Source: Eledone cirrhosa (taxonomy: Eukaryota). From it: a stretch of 57,273 nucleotides of DNA. The notes beneath the pieces were generated by a model that saw nothing but the letters and a program-made list of their open reading frames with translations, was not told the origin of the DNA and did no database searches. The stretch's first letter is position 1. Each line of letters begins with the position of its first letter. This document shows positions 1 to 17,280 of this stretch, one piece after another. The stretch lies in assembly GCA_964016885.1 (NCBI GenBank), contig CAXHJY010000890.1, positions 1-57,273 of the forward strand, read 5' to 3'. A program made the translations under genes and the position numbers.

Positions 1-42
1 TATATATATATATAATATATATATAATATATATAATATATAT

Positions 43-76
<34 letters not shown>

Positions 77-118
77 ATATATATATATATATATAATATA
101 TATATATATATATAATAT

Positions 119-282
<164 letters not shown>

Positions 283-320
283 AAATATATATATATATAT
301 AATTATATATATATATATAT

Positions 321-399
<79 letters not shown>

Positions 400-418
400 T
401 ATATATATAATAATATAT

Positions 419-450
<32 letters not shown>

Positions 451-658
451 ATATATATATATATATATAATATATATATATATATAATATATATATATAT
501 ATAATATATAATATATATAATATATATATATAATATATATATAATATATAATATAATATATATATTATATATATATATATATATATACATATATATATAA
601 TATATATATATAATATATATATATATATATAATATATATATATATATATAATATATAT

Positions 659-712
<54 letters not shown>

Positions 713-752
713 ATATATATATATAATATATATAATATATATATATAATATA

Positions 753-832
<80 letters not shown>

Positions 833-907
833 TTATATATAATATATATATAATATATATATAATATATATATATATATAATATATATATATATATATAA
901 TATATAT

Positions 908-976
<69 letters not shown>

Positions 977-982
977 ATATAT

Positions 983-1027
<45 letters not shown>

Positions 1028-1069
1028 TATATATAATATATATATATATAATATATATATATATAATAT

Positions 1070-1101
<32 letters not shown>

Positions 1102-1171
1102 ATATATACATATATAATATATATATATATAATATATATATATATATATAATATATATATATATATAATAT

Positions 1172-1284
<113 letters not shown>

Positions 1285-1790
1285 ATATATATATATATAT
1301 ATAATATAATATATATATATATATATAATATATATAATATATATATAATATATATATATAATATATATATATAATATATATATATATAATATATATATAT
1401 ATAATATATATATATAATATATATATATATAATATATATATAATATATATATATAAAATATATATATAATATATATATATATAATATATATATAATATAT
1501 ATATATATAATATATATATAATATATATATATATAATATATATATAATATATATATATATAATATATATATAAAATAATATATATATAATATATATATAT
1601 ATAATATATAAATATATAATATATATATATATAATATATATATATATATATAATATATATATATATATATAATATATATTTTCTCTCTCTCTTTCTTTCT
1701 CTCTGTACTTTCACTGCTAGAGTGAACCTCTTCAAATGAAGTTGATGTTTATTACGGTATGTCGAATATATTTATCTATAAAACTGTTTA

Positions 1791-1865
1791 TATTGTATTT
1801 TGTCTGATGAAGGCATAGCATATTGTTAATATGATATCCCCGAAATATATATAATGAAATAAATA
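1791..1865 (+). ncRNA. Type I minimal hammerhead ribozyme in a solo pLTR-like island
   Basis: TATTGTATTTTGT-CTGATGA(1804-1810)-stem II with CATATT/AATATG-GAAA(1842-1845)-palindromic ATATATAT-A-ATGAAATAAATA, which pairs back with the 5' stem I strand. Confidence 0.7.
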
Positions 1866-1975
1866 TGGTTTTATAAATATAGTTTTCCATTTATTTAATA
1901 TTGTATATATATAATATATATATATATATAATATATATATAATATATATAATATATATATAATATATATATATAT

Positions 1976-2027
<52 letters not shown>

Positions 2028-2218
2028 TATATATATAATATATATATAATATATAATATATATATATATATATAATATATATATATATATATAATATAAT
2101 ATATATAATATATATATATATATATTATATGTATATATATATATATATATATAATATATATAATATATATATAATATATAATATATATATATATAATATA
2201 TATATATATATATAATAT

Positions 2219-2319
<101 letters not shown>

Positions 2320-2450
2320 ATATATTATATATATATATATATAATATATATATATATATATAATATATATATATATATAATATATATATATATATATAAT
2401 ATATATATATATATAATATATATATATATATATTATATATATATATATAT

Positions 2451-2482
<32 letters not shown>

Positions 2483-2565
2483 ATATATAATATATATATA
2501 TATATAATATAATATATATATATAATATATATATATATATATAATATATATATATTATAATATAT

Positions 2566-2628
<63 letters not shown>

Positions 2629-2736
2629 TATATAATATAATATATATATATATAATATATATATATAATATATATATATATTATATATATATATATATAA
2701 TATATATATATATATAATATATATATATATATAAAT

Positions 2737-2768
<32 letters not shown>

Positions 2769-2784
2769 ATATATATATATATAT

Positions 2785-2832
<48 letters not shown>

Positions 2833-2979
2833 TATATATATATTATTAATATATGTAATATATATATATAATATAATATATATATATAATATATATATAT
2901 ATTATAATATATAATATATATAATATATATATATATATAATATATTATATATATATATAATATATATATATATATATAA

Positions 2980-3012
<33 letters not shown>

Positions 3013-3045
3013 ATTATATATATATATATATATAATATATATATA

Positions 3046-3139
<94 letters not shown>

Positions 3140-3140
3140 T

Positions 3141-3185
<45 letters not shown>

Positions 3186-3239
3186 TATATATATAATATA
3201 TATATATAATATATATATATATATAATATATATATATAT

Positions 3240-3299
<60 letters not shown>

Positions 3300-3334
3300 A
3301 ATATATATATATATAATATATATATATATAATAT

Positions 3335-3397
<63 letters not shown>

Positions 3398-3400
3398 TAT

Positions 3401-3450
<50 letters not shown>

Positions 3451-3471
3451 TATATATATATATATATATAT

Positions 3472-3502
<31 letters not shown>

Positions 3503-3531
3503 ATATATATATATATATAATATATATATAT

Positions 3532-3579
<48 letters not shown>

Positions 3580-3689
3580 TATATATATAATAATATATAT
3601 ATATATATATATAATATATAATATATATATATAATATATTATATATATATATATATATAATATATATATATATAATATATATATAATAT

Positions 3690-3723
<34 letters not shown>

Positions 3724-3738
3724 ATATATATATATAAT

Positions 3739-3818
<80 letters not shown>

Positions 3819-3855
3819 ATATATAATATATATATATAATATATATATATATAAT

Positions 3856-3951
<96 letters not shown>

Positions 3952-3957
3952 TATTAT

Positions 3958-4173
<216 letters not shown>

Positions 4174-4240
4174 GTTATACTCTGCTATGTATTGAGTACC
4201 TTACTTACTGTGGTTACCTCCGATTCAACCCGGAATAACG

Positions 4241-4281
<41 letters not shown>

Positions 4282-4301
4282 TATATATATAATATATATA
4301 T

Positions 4302-4378
<77 letters not shown>

Positions 4379-4438
4379 ATATATATAATATATATATAAC
4401 ATATATATATATATATATATATAATATATATATATATA

Positions 4439-4510
<72 letters not shown>

Positions 4511-4580
4511 ATAATATATATATATATAATATATAATATATATATATATAATATATATATATAATATATATATAATATAT

Positions 4581-4623
<43 letters not shown>

Positions 4624-4797
4624 TATATATAATATATATATAATATATATATATAATAATATATATATATAATATATATATATATAATATATATAATAAT
4701 ATATATATAATATATATATATATAATATATAAATATATAATATATATAATATATATATATATAATATATATATATATATATAATATATATATAATAT

Positions 4798-4831
<34 letters not shown>

Positions 4832-4877
4832 ATATATATATATAATATAATATATATATAATATATAAATATATAAT

Positions 4878-4959
<82 letters not shown>

Positions 4960-4960
4960 T

Positions 4961-4995
<35 letters not shown>

Positions 4996-5003
4996 ATATA
5001 TAT

Positions 5004-5036
<33 letters not shown>

Positions 5037-5044
5037 ATATATAT

Positions 5045-5077
<33 letters not shown>

Positions 5078-5181
5078 ATATATATAATATATATATATAA
5101 TGTATATATATATATAATATATATATATATATATAATATATATATAACATATATAAGATATATATATATATATAATTTATA

Positions 5182-5230
<49 letters not shown>

Positions 5231-5600
5231 ATATATATAATATATATATATATATATAATATATAATATATATATATATATATTATATATATATATATAT
5301 TATATATATATATATATTATATATACATATATTATATATATATATATATATTATATATATATATAATATTATATATATATATATATAATATATATATATA
5401 TATATAATATATATATATATATATAATATATATATATTATAATATATATATATATATATAATATATATATATATAATATATATATATATATTATATATAT
5501 ATATATATATTATATATATATATATATATTATATATATATATATATAATATATATATATATATATAATATATATATATATATAATATATATATATATAAT

Positions 5601-5632
<32 letters not shown>

Positions 5633-5736
5633 ATATATATATATATATAATATATATATATATAATATATATATATATATTTAATATATATATATATAAT
5701 ATATATATATATAATATATATATATATATATAATAT

Positions 5737-5767
<31 letters not shown>

Positions 5768-5823
5768 ATATATATATATATATAATATAATATATATATA
5801 TAATATATATATATAATATATAT

Positions 5824-5854
<31 letters not shown>

Positions 5855-6018
5855 CTAATATATATATATATATATCTAATATATATATATAATATATATA
5901 TATATAATATATATATATATATATAATATATATATATAATATATATATATATATATAATATATATATATATAATATATATAGAAAGATTTGAATGGATAC
6001 AGTTTAGTTGAAAGGAAT

Positions 6019-6135
6019 TTATTGACACGTGTTTCTATAACAGTTACATAACCTAAAACAGCTATCTACAAACTTTTAGTTATGCAGACATTCAATATTT
6101 CAATGTTATTATTTACTGTCATTTCATCAGAATAA
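6019..6135 (-). ncRNA. Type I hammerhead ribozyme with 88-nt expanded stem II (PLE-1 pLTR)
   Basis: Minus strand: TTATT-CTGATGA-A-ATGACAGT...ACTGTTAT-A-GAAA-CACGTG-TC-AATAA. Palindromic stem III ACACGTGT, GUC cleavage triplet. Confidence 0.85.
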
Positions 6136-6697
6136 TATTACTGAGGACCTATTTAGTTTTTATAGAGAATATTAGGAGGGAGGGGTGAAGTTGTTAGAAG
6201 AATAGTTGCAGGAGTGGTTTTTCGATAGCAGTGAGAATTCTTGGTGGCAGTGAGTAATTAGATTCCCATCTGTTGTTTTGACATTTTTTATAGAATATAT
6301 TATTGGTTATTTTTCTAAATCTATAGAAGGATTTGAGATAGTGAAGATATGCGTGGTTGGTTTTGTGTTTGCACTTAATTAACATTCAGACTTAAATTTT
6401 TCTTTCAAGTGTACGTATCCTTTCACCCACGCATTCACACACAAATATATTTGCACACCTCTACAAAATACATATACACACAATTCACATATTCATACTT
6501 ACATATATATACACATGCATACACATATATACACACATGTATTTATGTACATACATACGCGCTCATGTGTATACATTTTCATACTCAACTTATCTTTATA
6601 TACACACGTATAGACACACACATATATACATACATACTCTAGTCCATGTGTACACACATACACATACATACACATCCATATACACATATATACATAC

Positions 6698-6764
<67 letters not shown>

Positions 6765-7053
6765 TACACATACATACATATACACACATATACATATATA
6801 TATATATATAAGCACTTTAATACATGAATACACTTACATCTAACTATACACATCAAACATATGTATATATTTACTTATTTATATACATTTTCACATATAT
6901 ATACATACTTATGGACGTTTTTAGACACATTCATTATCGCATATTTGTACCTATTCTCATCAGCATATCTTTTCATTATTAGTATGGTAATTTAAGGTTA
7001 TTAATATATGTTGAGAAGAGATTGTTTTTATATTTTTCTAACTAGATTAAGGT

Positions 7054-9437
7054 TTATATAGTTGGGGGATGTCCCTCTTTTATGTAATATTCGGCTTGTA
7101 GTGGGAAAAAAAGGGTTTTAGTTCTGTGACGGCAGAATAATGTTCGTTCAATTCTGTTATTCAGCAGTTTCTTCTTGTGTGTGATTATGTAATAAATCTC
7201 AAGATTACACAATTTGCAGAAATTTTGGCTCCTGGAAAAGCTTTGGGTTTTAGCTAATTTTTCCCATTTTAGGGTAAACTTTTGATCGCTATCCCTGAGC
7301 GTCCAAGCTTTTTCTGCTAGAGTTGTTACATTTCTTTGGCTCTGGTGTTTTATTGAGTAAGAATGCCTATACAATCGAGATTTAAACGTTGTTGCCGTTG
7401 ATCCCACGTAATACCACTCGTTGCCTCCGGATTTAATGGTACACTTATAAATAATATTTTTTTCCAGGCAGTTATTGCCGAGGGGGCAGTTGTCAGGATA
7501 GGTGCAGTTACAGTTGTGTACGTTGGGTTTTCTCTGGAGTAGTATTGCGGACGAACTTAGGTGTAGTTTATTTATGTTCTGTAGTGTATTGTCTACTGTT
7601 TTTTTTGTGTTCTTTGTACTTAAGTTCTTAGTGTTTTCGTTTAACCTTCTAGTATTGATCTTTTTTATGTGTTGTTCAAGGTTTAACGCTGTAGAGTATG
7701 ACAGTCTTATAGTGGTAGGGTTTAGGATTTTGTGGTATTTGTGTGATGTGGGAAAATGTCTTTTAATTATTTTAAAGAAGAGTACTGGTAAATTTGTACT
7801 AATGGAGCTATTGTATTCGGGGTTATACCATAAGTACTCTTTGCATCGCTTTCTATTAGTTTTGTTTGTTGGTTTACTGGTGTGCATACTATGGTAGTAA
7901 GTGTGGTTTGGTGTTGTGTTATTATATCTACCTATGTGGGATTTATTTTGGGTGTTTTGATTGTTCCCATCTATGTACTCTATTTTGTTGAGGTAGCCTG
8001 CTTTACTAAGGGCGTTATCGTAGTACTCGGCGTGTTCCTTAAATACTTGTATGTTAGAAGATAGACCCGAGATTCTAAGGGAAATATTTTTAGGAAAGAT
8101 TTAATTATAGAGAAGGGGTGGTTAGACCCAACATTTACGTATTTGAGATTTTCATTCAATTTATGAAACGGTTTAATCAAACCAGAGTTTAAATTGAGTG
8201 TGACATCCAGGAAGTTAACTACTTTAAGGTTGTATTCATATGTTATAGTTAGTCCTATTTCGAGTAGTAGTTTTCTTATATCTTTGCGTAGTTTTTCTAG
8301 TTTTTGGTTATTAAGGTTTTTAGCTAGGAGGAGAACATCGTCGCGGTATATTCCGCCGTGGAGATTGCTGAATTTTTCCTGGAGTCTAAAGGCGATAAAT
8401 AACCCCACAATATCAGTTATTTCCGCCGAATCGTTAGAGCCCATTGTTATGTCAAAGTTAGAGGGTCTATCTTTACGTACCCAATAACTGTTCTCAAATT
8501 TGACTATAGTTTTCCTAGCTTCTAATATAATCTTAATTTCATCGTTTGTAAGGTCAGAGTTAACCTTAGCAAACTTAATGGCTCTATTCAAAGTTTCAGG
8601 TGATATCGATGAGTAATATTCATCGATATCAAACTGGATAAACTTAGATTTATTCTTATTGCTAATGCTATTAAACCATCTTATTGCTTCCTGGGTCTTC
8701 CCCCAGAGTTTAATGTTAACCTTAGCCTTAATTTGGGGGATGATTCTATCTAAGATATATTTGCTTATTTTACCTATATCTGATTTAGAGGGGCAGATTA
8801 ATCTAATTTTAGGGTCATTATCAAAGTTTACCTTGTGGTCCTTAAGATTGAAGGTGGGTACCGCCGGTAAGAGTGGTCCTGTCCTATCTTCGATTCCGAG
8901 ATTTTTCACTATTTCGCATGCCTCATCATTGATGTGCTTAAGGGTTACTTCACTCGTTTTTCTATATTTTTTATGTAATTCTTTTCGAATGAAGTTGTTG
9001 TATGTAGTGCAATCCATAGTGTACAGGTTTGATGTTTTGTCCGCTTTTACTACAATTCCTTTGGTGTTTTTAAGGTCGTCCAGTAGTTTTTTTATATCTT
9101 TCTGTAATTTGCTGTTGGTGTTGCGTCCTTTGAATTTAATTTTAAGGATTAAGTTCATAAGGTCCTGCTCAAATGCATCTAATAGTGGGTTGGTGGGTGG
9201 GTTTTTACAAGTCCTAAAACCGAATTTGTTGTTTACACCACTTTCTAATGTTGAGTTCATACGGCTTCTATCATAGTGGAGCGTTTTCCACCTGACACGT
9301 CGAATGAATTCATTAGTTTTTTGAATCATGCTCAATAAATATTCCTTTCTACCCTGGGTTGGTATGTTTTTGAGTGACATATCCAGTGACATATTGAGTG
9401 ACATATTCAATATTTCAATGTTATTATTTACTGTCAT
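7054..9437 (-). pseudogene. PLE-1 RT-GIY-YIG ORF (~795 aa) with a single frameshift near 8095
   Basis: SLKNIP, ADKT, FDIDEYY, MGS, IYRDD, NFLDV, SNHP motifs. After the shift the frame is open (KNISLRIS...YYDNALSKAGY) through CNC-x5-CPL, IIY..YVGST, CxxC, LLN. Confidence 0.9.
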
Positions 9438-9874
9438 TTCATCAGAATAATATTACTGAGGACCTATTTAGTTTTTATAGAGAATATTAGGAGGGAGGGG
9501 TGAAGTTGTTAGAAGAATAGTTGAAGGAGTGGTTTTTCGATAGCAGTGAGAATTCTTGGTGGCAGTGAGTAATTAGATTCCCATCTGTTGTTTTGACATT
9601 TTTTATAGAATATATTGAAATGACAGTAAATAATAACATTGAAATATTGAATGTCTGCATAACTAAAAGTTTGTAGATAGCTGTTTTAGGTTATGTAACT
9701 GTTATAGAAACACGTGTCAATAAATTCCTTTCAACTAAACTGTATCCATTCAAATCTTTCTATTTTTCTCCGGATTACTTTTGGAACTACAACTGGAACC
9801 GTCGAGCAAACTCTACGTGAGCTGATAATCTACTGTGTGTAATATTTATATTACAACACAACGGAAAATACTGT

Positions 9875-12354
<2,480 letters not shown>

Positions 12355-12499
12355 AAGGATTAGAATACTGGAGCGTGTTGGAGTTAAATACCCTCTTTGT
12401 ATTATAGAAATGACAGTAAAAGGTATAGCTCAATGCAGTTAAACAGAGCCAAAAAATTAAGAGAGTAAAACAAAGAATCCTTTAATACATCAAAAGTTT

Positions 12500-12549
12500 T
12501 TATTAGCCGACAATGTTTCGTCCTATTAAGGACTCATCAGGGCAATCAA
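12500..12549 (-). ncRNA. Canonical minimal type I hammerhead ribozyme (PLE-2)
   Basis: Minus strand: GCC-CTGATGA-GTCC-TTAATA-GGAC-GAAA-CATTG-TC-GGC. All core nucleotides present, GUC triplet. Confidence 0.93.
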
Positions 12550-12898
12550 AACAACAAGAAGTAATATCGGCAGATACAAGCCGGAAACTCTGAAGAATGT
12601 GGAGTGTGCATACACTAAAGTCTTACAAAAATATATGATAATAAAAATGAAAATAAAAATAAAAATAATAAAAATATATAATAATAAGAATAACTAAGGA
12701 TGTAGATAACATTAAGAACCATATTACAAATATAGTCCAAAGCAACTAACCTAAATCTAAACAAATTTGATTATATAGAGCAGGAATTATATATAACACA
12801 ATGCAATAAACATAATACATTATAATAATATACCTTTACCAACATTAAAATTACAAATTAAAAATCAAAAGGTACAATATATACATGTATATATGTGC

Positions 12899-12931
<33 letters not shown>

Positions 12932-13345
12932 ACAATACACCCATCTATGATCAACTACACAAATTAAGCCCTATTAGAAGTTTGAATATAAAAATAAGCA
13001 TGATAAGAGTGAAAATAATAACAATACATCTACCCAATATACATGAGGCAATAATATGATATAATTACAAGAGACACATATAATAAATAATAAACAATAA
13101 AATTATATAATTCAATATAATATAATAAAATAGATAATCCCCGGTTAGTTTACAGAAACAATATAGATGTCACAATAAAATACAATGATAATACGTAAAC
13201 AGTGTACTAACATTTACCATAAACAATGTATACAAATCGATTCATACTGGGTTACAGAGTAAATGAGGAAAAATAAATTATATAATACTAAAAAAACACT
13301 ATAATGGTACTGTAAAAATTATGATGGTACAGAAAAAAAAATATA

Positions 13346-13671
13346 TACAGACATCTTACATGATATGTAAAGTCTAAATATCATAATGTTACATATAATG
13401 AACAGTAAGTAATAAGGATCAATATTACAATATTACAAAATGTACAGACATCTTACATGATATATAAAGTTTAAATGTCATAATGTTACATATAATGAAC
13501 AGTAAGTAATAAGGATCAATATTACAATACAATATAATATAATATATTATAAATTGACATAAAATAATACTTATAATTACAGGGTTAGTAGACAGACATA
13601 TGTGGATGTGTAAGCAAAGCCAGACAGGTTAGTAGACAGACATATGTGGATGTGTAAGCAAAGCCAGACAG
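13346..13671. repeat. Two local tandem duplications in the PLE-2 3' UTR (~97-bp and ~45-bp period)
   Basis: TACAGACATCTTACATGATAT... occurs at ~13346 and ~13443. GGTTAGTAGACAGACATATGTGGATGTGTAAGCAAAGCCAGACA occurs twice at ~13583-13671. Confidence 0.85.
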
Positions 13672-14484
13672 TGGATAGTAAATAGAATATAGAATGAAAT
13701 AAATAAATAAATATAATCAACCGGAAATTACAAAACAAAAGCAAATATATACACACTAAGGCCTCACATGCGGTTAAGAAATTAGGTAAACACTAAGGAA
13801 AACAATCATTTTAATTGACTCAAAACCCTATTTGATAAATTAATATTAAAAATATCAAACCTATCCAATAAGGTAGTATAATATTAGCTGTAGTTTAAGT
13901 CATTAAAGTTTATAAACTTTAATGTTTCATTACAAATGTTTACAAAAAGGAATGAAAATTTTTTACTATCATATACGCAACGATATCTAAAAAACTGACT
14001 TAAGTAGAATTAAGGTAGGCTAATGGGGACAGAATTGACGAAATGTATGGAGGGTGGGAAGTGGCATAAAATATAGTCGATATACTATAATAAATAATAG
14101 AATGAAGCGTAAAAGAGGGGGGGGTAAATATAATCATAGTCAATCTGGAGGGGTTGACAATAAGTTTATGTGCGCATGGGGGAGGGGGGGGGGTTGTCCA
14201 AAGATGAATCTGAATAAAATTAGAAATAAAAATAGAATTAAAAATAAAATTAATAATAAAAATAAAAATAAAGATAATAATAGAATAACGTAAGTGGCGT
14301 AAAGCGTGTAATCTTATGTATATTAACAAGGTGTAATAGTGAAAACATAGATATGGTACAGTAGCCAAATGATTATGAGAGCTAGAATGAAGAGTCATCA
14401 AAAACCAATGGTAATAATGATGATAACAATAATGTTGGCAAACAAAAGAACCTAAACTAAAAACTAAGTAATGGAATATATCTG

Positions 14485-17176
14485 CTAATGGGTACAATTT
14501 GTACTACTAGAACGTTTGGGTTTATAATAAAAATAAGAATTAGAAATGGCGTGGGGGCAAGAAGAGAATATCTCAGACTTTCTATTAAGTAAGGATACGC
14601 TAGAGAAAATAATAGAGTGTGTCTCAAGTATACAGAGATTACAAAACTTACTATGTGTAGAAAGGTGGTTAGAGCGTGCTACTAAACGCCAGTTAAGGCT
14701 ATATGGTATATAAGCTCCCTTAAGATCCCAGATATAATGCGCTAAAGAGGTAGAATTCTTAAACCTAACATGTTTGAAGTTAGAGATATGAGAGTTAAAC
14801 CTAGTCTTAAAAGTGTTTGAAGTAGATCCTATATACGTTCTATTAGAGGAATTAGTTATAACTTCGCAAGCGTAGACAATGTTCTTAGAAAGGCAGTTAC
14901 CATTTAGAGGGCAGTTAGCACTCACTCTACAATTGCACTTCCGGGTGTTATTGGTTGGCTCGAGTGGTGATGTATTACACGTAGGACCTCTATTAGATAA
15001 GGACTGTTCTGGTGGTAAAGCATTGTCAGATCCGTTCAGACTAGTAGTATGTAGAGAGGAGAATCCATCCCTAATTTTCCTATTATTAGTGCTAGCTAAA
15101 TGAGAACTAATATTAGGGGTGGTAGAGAATGAGAGTTTAATAACATTTTTATTAAAAATACCATGGTATTTATGAGAAGGGGGGAATTTTTCTCTAAGAT
15201 AGTGAAGAAAGACGTAGGGATATTAGTTGATACATCCTGATTATATGGCAGGTTGAAATAAGTATTTAATCGCCTTCTATTTTTATTTTTATTCTTACCG
15301 ACCCTACCTCTATCAAATGTCCCACCGTCGAGACTAGGGTTACTATCAGGATTAGTTGAAGCCACATTCATAGAATCAGCCATAATTTCGTTATGTCTAT
15401 TATAGTTTCTACCTCCAGTAGATCTGCTGTTGTCCGGAATCTCTTCAAGAGGATTAGGGCCAATGATAGGATCAGTAGGAGCAACATTATTAGAATAAGA
15501 TCCAGCAAAACCAACACCGATGCGTGAGCGCACAGGGGGTTCGACTTGTCTCCTAGAGGTATTATATTTGCTATTACGAGTCTGGTGGGTTAACTTATGG
15601 GTGGGTTCAGATACATCTATATAAATTCTACGGTTACTATATTTGCTACTCCCATTCATGGCCATATTATGTGATATAATGTTATTATTATTAAGAGTAA
15701 GCGGAGACTTTCTAAGGTTACTATCATTATAATTTATTTTACTAGAGTGACCTGAATTTGCTAGGGCATTATTGTAGTACTCCGCATGTTCATTAAATGT
15801 TCTTATGTCCTTAGATAGTGTGGAAATCCTATTAGATACGCCCTTAATTATAGAGTTTATCATAGACTTAGGGTGGTTAGAGTTGGGGAACATAAGAAAG
15901 AATTTCATTAGGCTTATGGAAGGGTTTAAAACTATTAGTGGCCAAGTCCAAAGTCACATCTAAAAAGTTAACCGCTCTATCATTTCTATCTATCGTGATC
16001 GAAAGGTTGTAGCTTTTAAAAAACTTATAAAGCTTCTTCTTATTATGTTCTACATTGTTGGTGCTAGAGTTAATTACAAACAATGCATCATCACGATATA
16101 GTCCGCCTATAAGGTGCGGGAAGGTAGCGTATAGTTCATTAAGGAGGAACAACCCAACAAGATCAGTAACCTGGGCCGAATCACTCGAACCCATTGTAAC
16201 GTCGAAATTATTGGGCGTGTTTTTACGGGTCCAAAATGTGTCCTCAAATTTAATAATAGTTTTACGGGCTGCTAGTATAATATCCACCTGCGATCGTGTA
16301 AGGTTGGACACTCTCATGGCCAACATTAAGGCTTTATTGAGGAGGATGGGTGAAATTGATGTGTAGTAGGCATCAATATCGAATTGGATAAACTTATTAG
16401 ATTCAAGTCTATTAATCCCAGAGAACCAATCTATAACTTCCCTAGTGTTTCCCCATAGGTTAAAATTAACCTTATCCCTAACATCTGGTATAATAAGGTC
16501 AAGGATTTTTTTTACTGATAATGGCTATATCCGACTTAGAAGGACAGATAAGTCTAACTGAGGGGTTACTAATAAAATCAACCTTATGATCCTTAAGTGT
16601 AAATCTCGGTTCTCGAGGGTAATATGGCTGGGTATACTTATCGAGTCCGAGGTCAGAGACTATTCTAAGACCCTCACTATTGATGTGGTTCAAATTCTCA
16701 AGCGTAGTTTTTTTATAGTTTCTATATAACTCTTTATAAATAAAATCGCGGTATGTACTATAGTCCATGGAGTATAGATTCTTAGTCTTATCTGCCGGGA
16801 CAAGAATGGACTTATTCTCACCGAAACCCTTAACAATATTTTTAAGTCTGGACTGGAACTTATCGAAATTATCATAATTTCTATGTCTATTATTTGGCCT
16901 AAACCTAACATTTTTGACCAGAGAGAGTAAGTCACTTTCAAAACTATCTAATAGTATGTTGTGTGGTGGGCTCTTATAAGTTTTGAAGCCATAGTTATTA
17001 AAATTTGTTCTATTCCTGGGGTCCTTCCTATTCTTATTATTATCGTAGTAGAATGCACGCCATCTAATCCTTTTTACAAAGGAGTTAACACTAGCTATCA
17101 GTAGTTTTTGGTAAGTATTCTTAGAGGGGGTGGGAATATTTTTCAGAGATAAAGGCAGGTAACTCTTTGTTAGCAT
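14485..17176 (-). pseudogene. PLE-2 RT-GIY-YIG ORF broken by about three frameshifts at homopolymers
   Basis: SLKNIP, ADKT, LKDHK, MGS, LYRDD, NFLDV, SNHP, CNCRVSANCPLNGNCL, IVY..YIGST, CNLC. Shifts near 16510 (T8), 15886 (G4) and 15180 (G run). Confidence 0.88.
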
Positions 17177-17280
17177 ACTGTCAGATAAATATATATAAAG
17201 GCCAAAATACCAGTATATATGTGAGTAAGCTCAACCAGTCGGGAGCAGTTACAAGGATTAGAATACTGGAGCGTGTTGGA

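Larger units (their letters stand above)
5981..9874 (-). mobile_element. Penelope-like element PLE-1 (Hydra-clade-like) with direct and inverted pLTRs, inserted in (TA)n
   Basis: RT+GIY-YIG coding region. 212-bp direct repeat 6090-6301/9405-9616. Inverted pLTR copy 9616-9762 matches 5980-6126. TA tracts on both sides. Confidence 0.92.
12355..17280 (-). mobile_element. Penelope-like element PLE-2 (Hydra-clade-like)
   Basis: RT+GIY-YIG fragments, HHR in the 3' pLTR, 28-bp terminal direct repeat AAGGATTAGAATACTGGAGCGTGTTGGA at 12355-12382 and 17253-17280; 3' end lies in (TA)n. Confidence 0.9.

Noticed and set aside
7502-9276. Antisense and overlapping ORFs within PLE and Tx1 coding regions (also 28898-30249, 48427-49824, 50670-52685)
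   Set aside because: Shadow frames of the real ORFs with no independent motifs.
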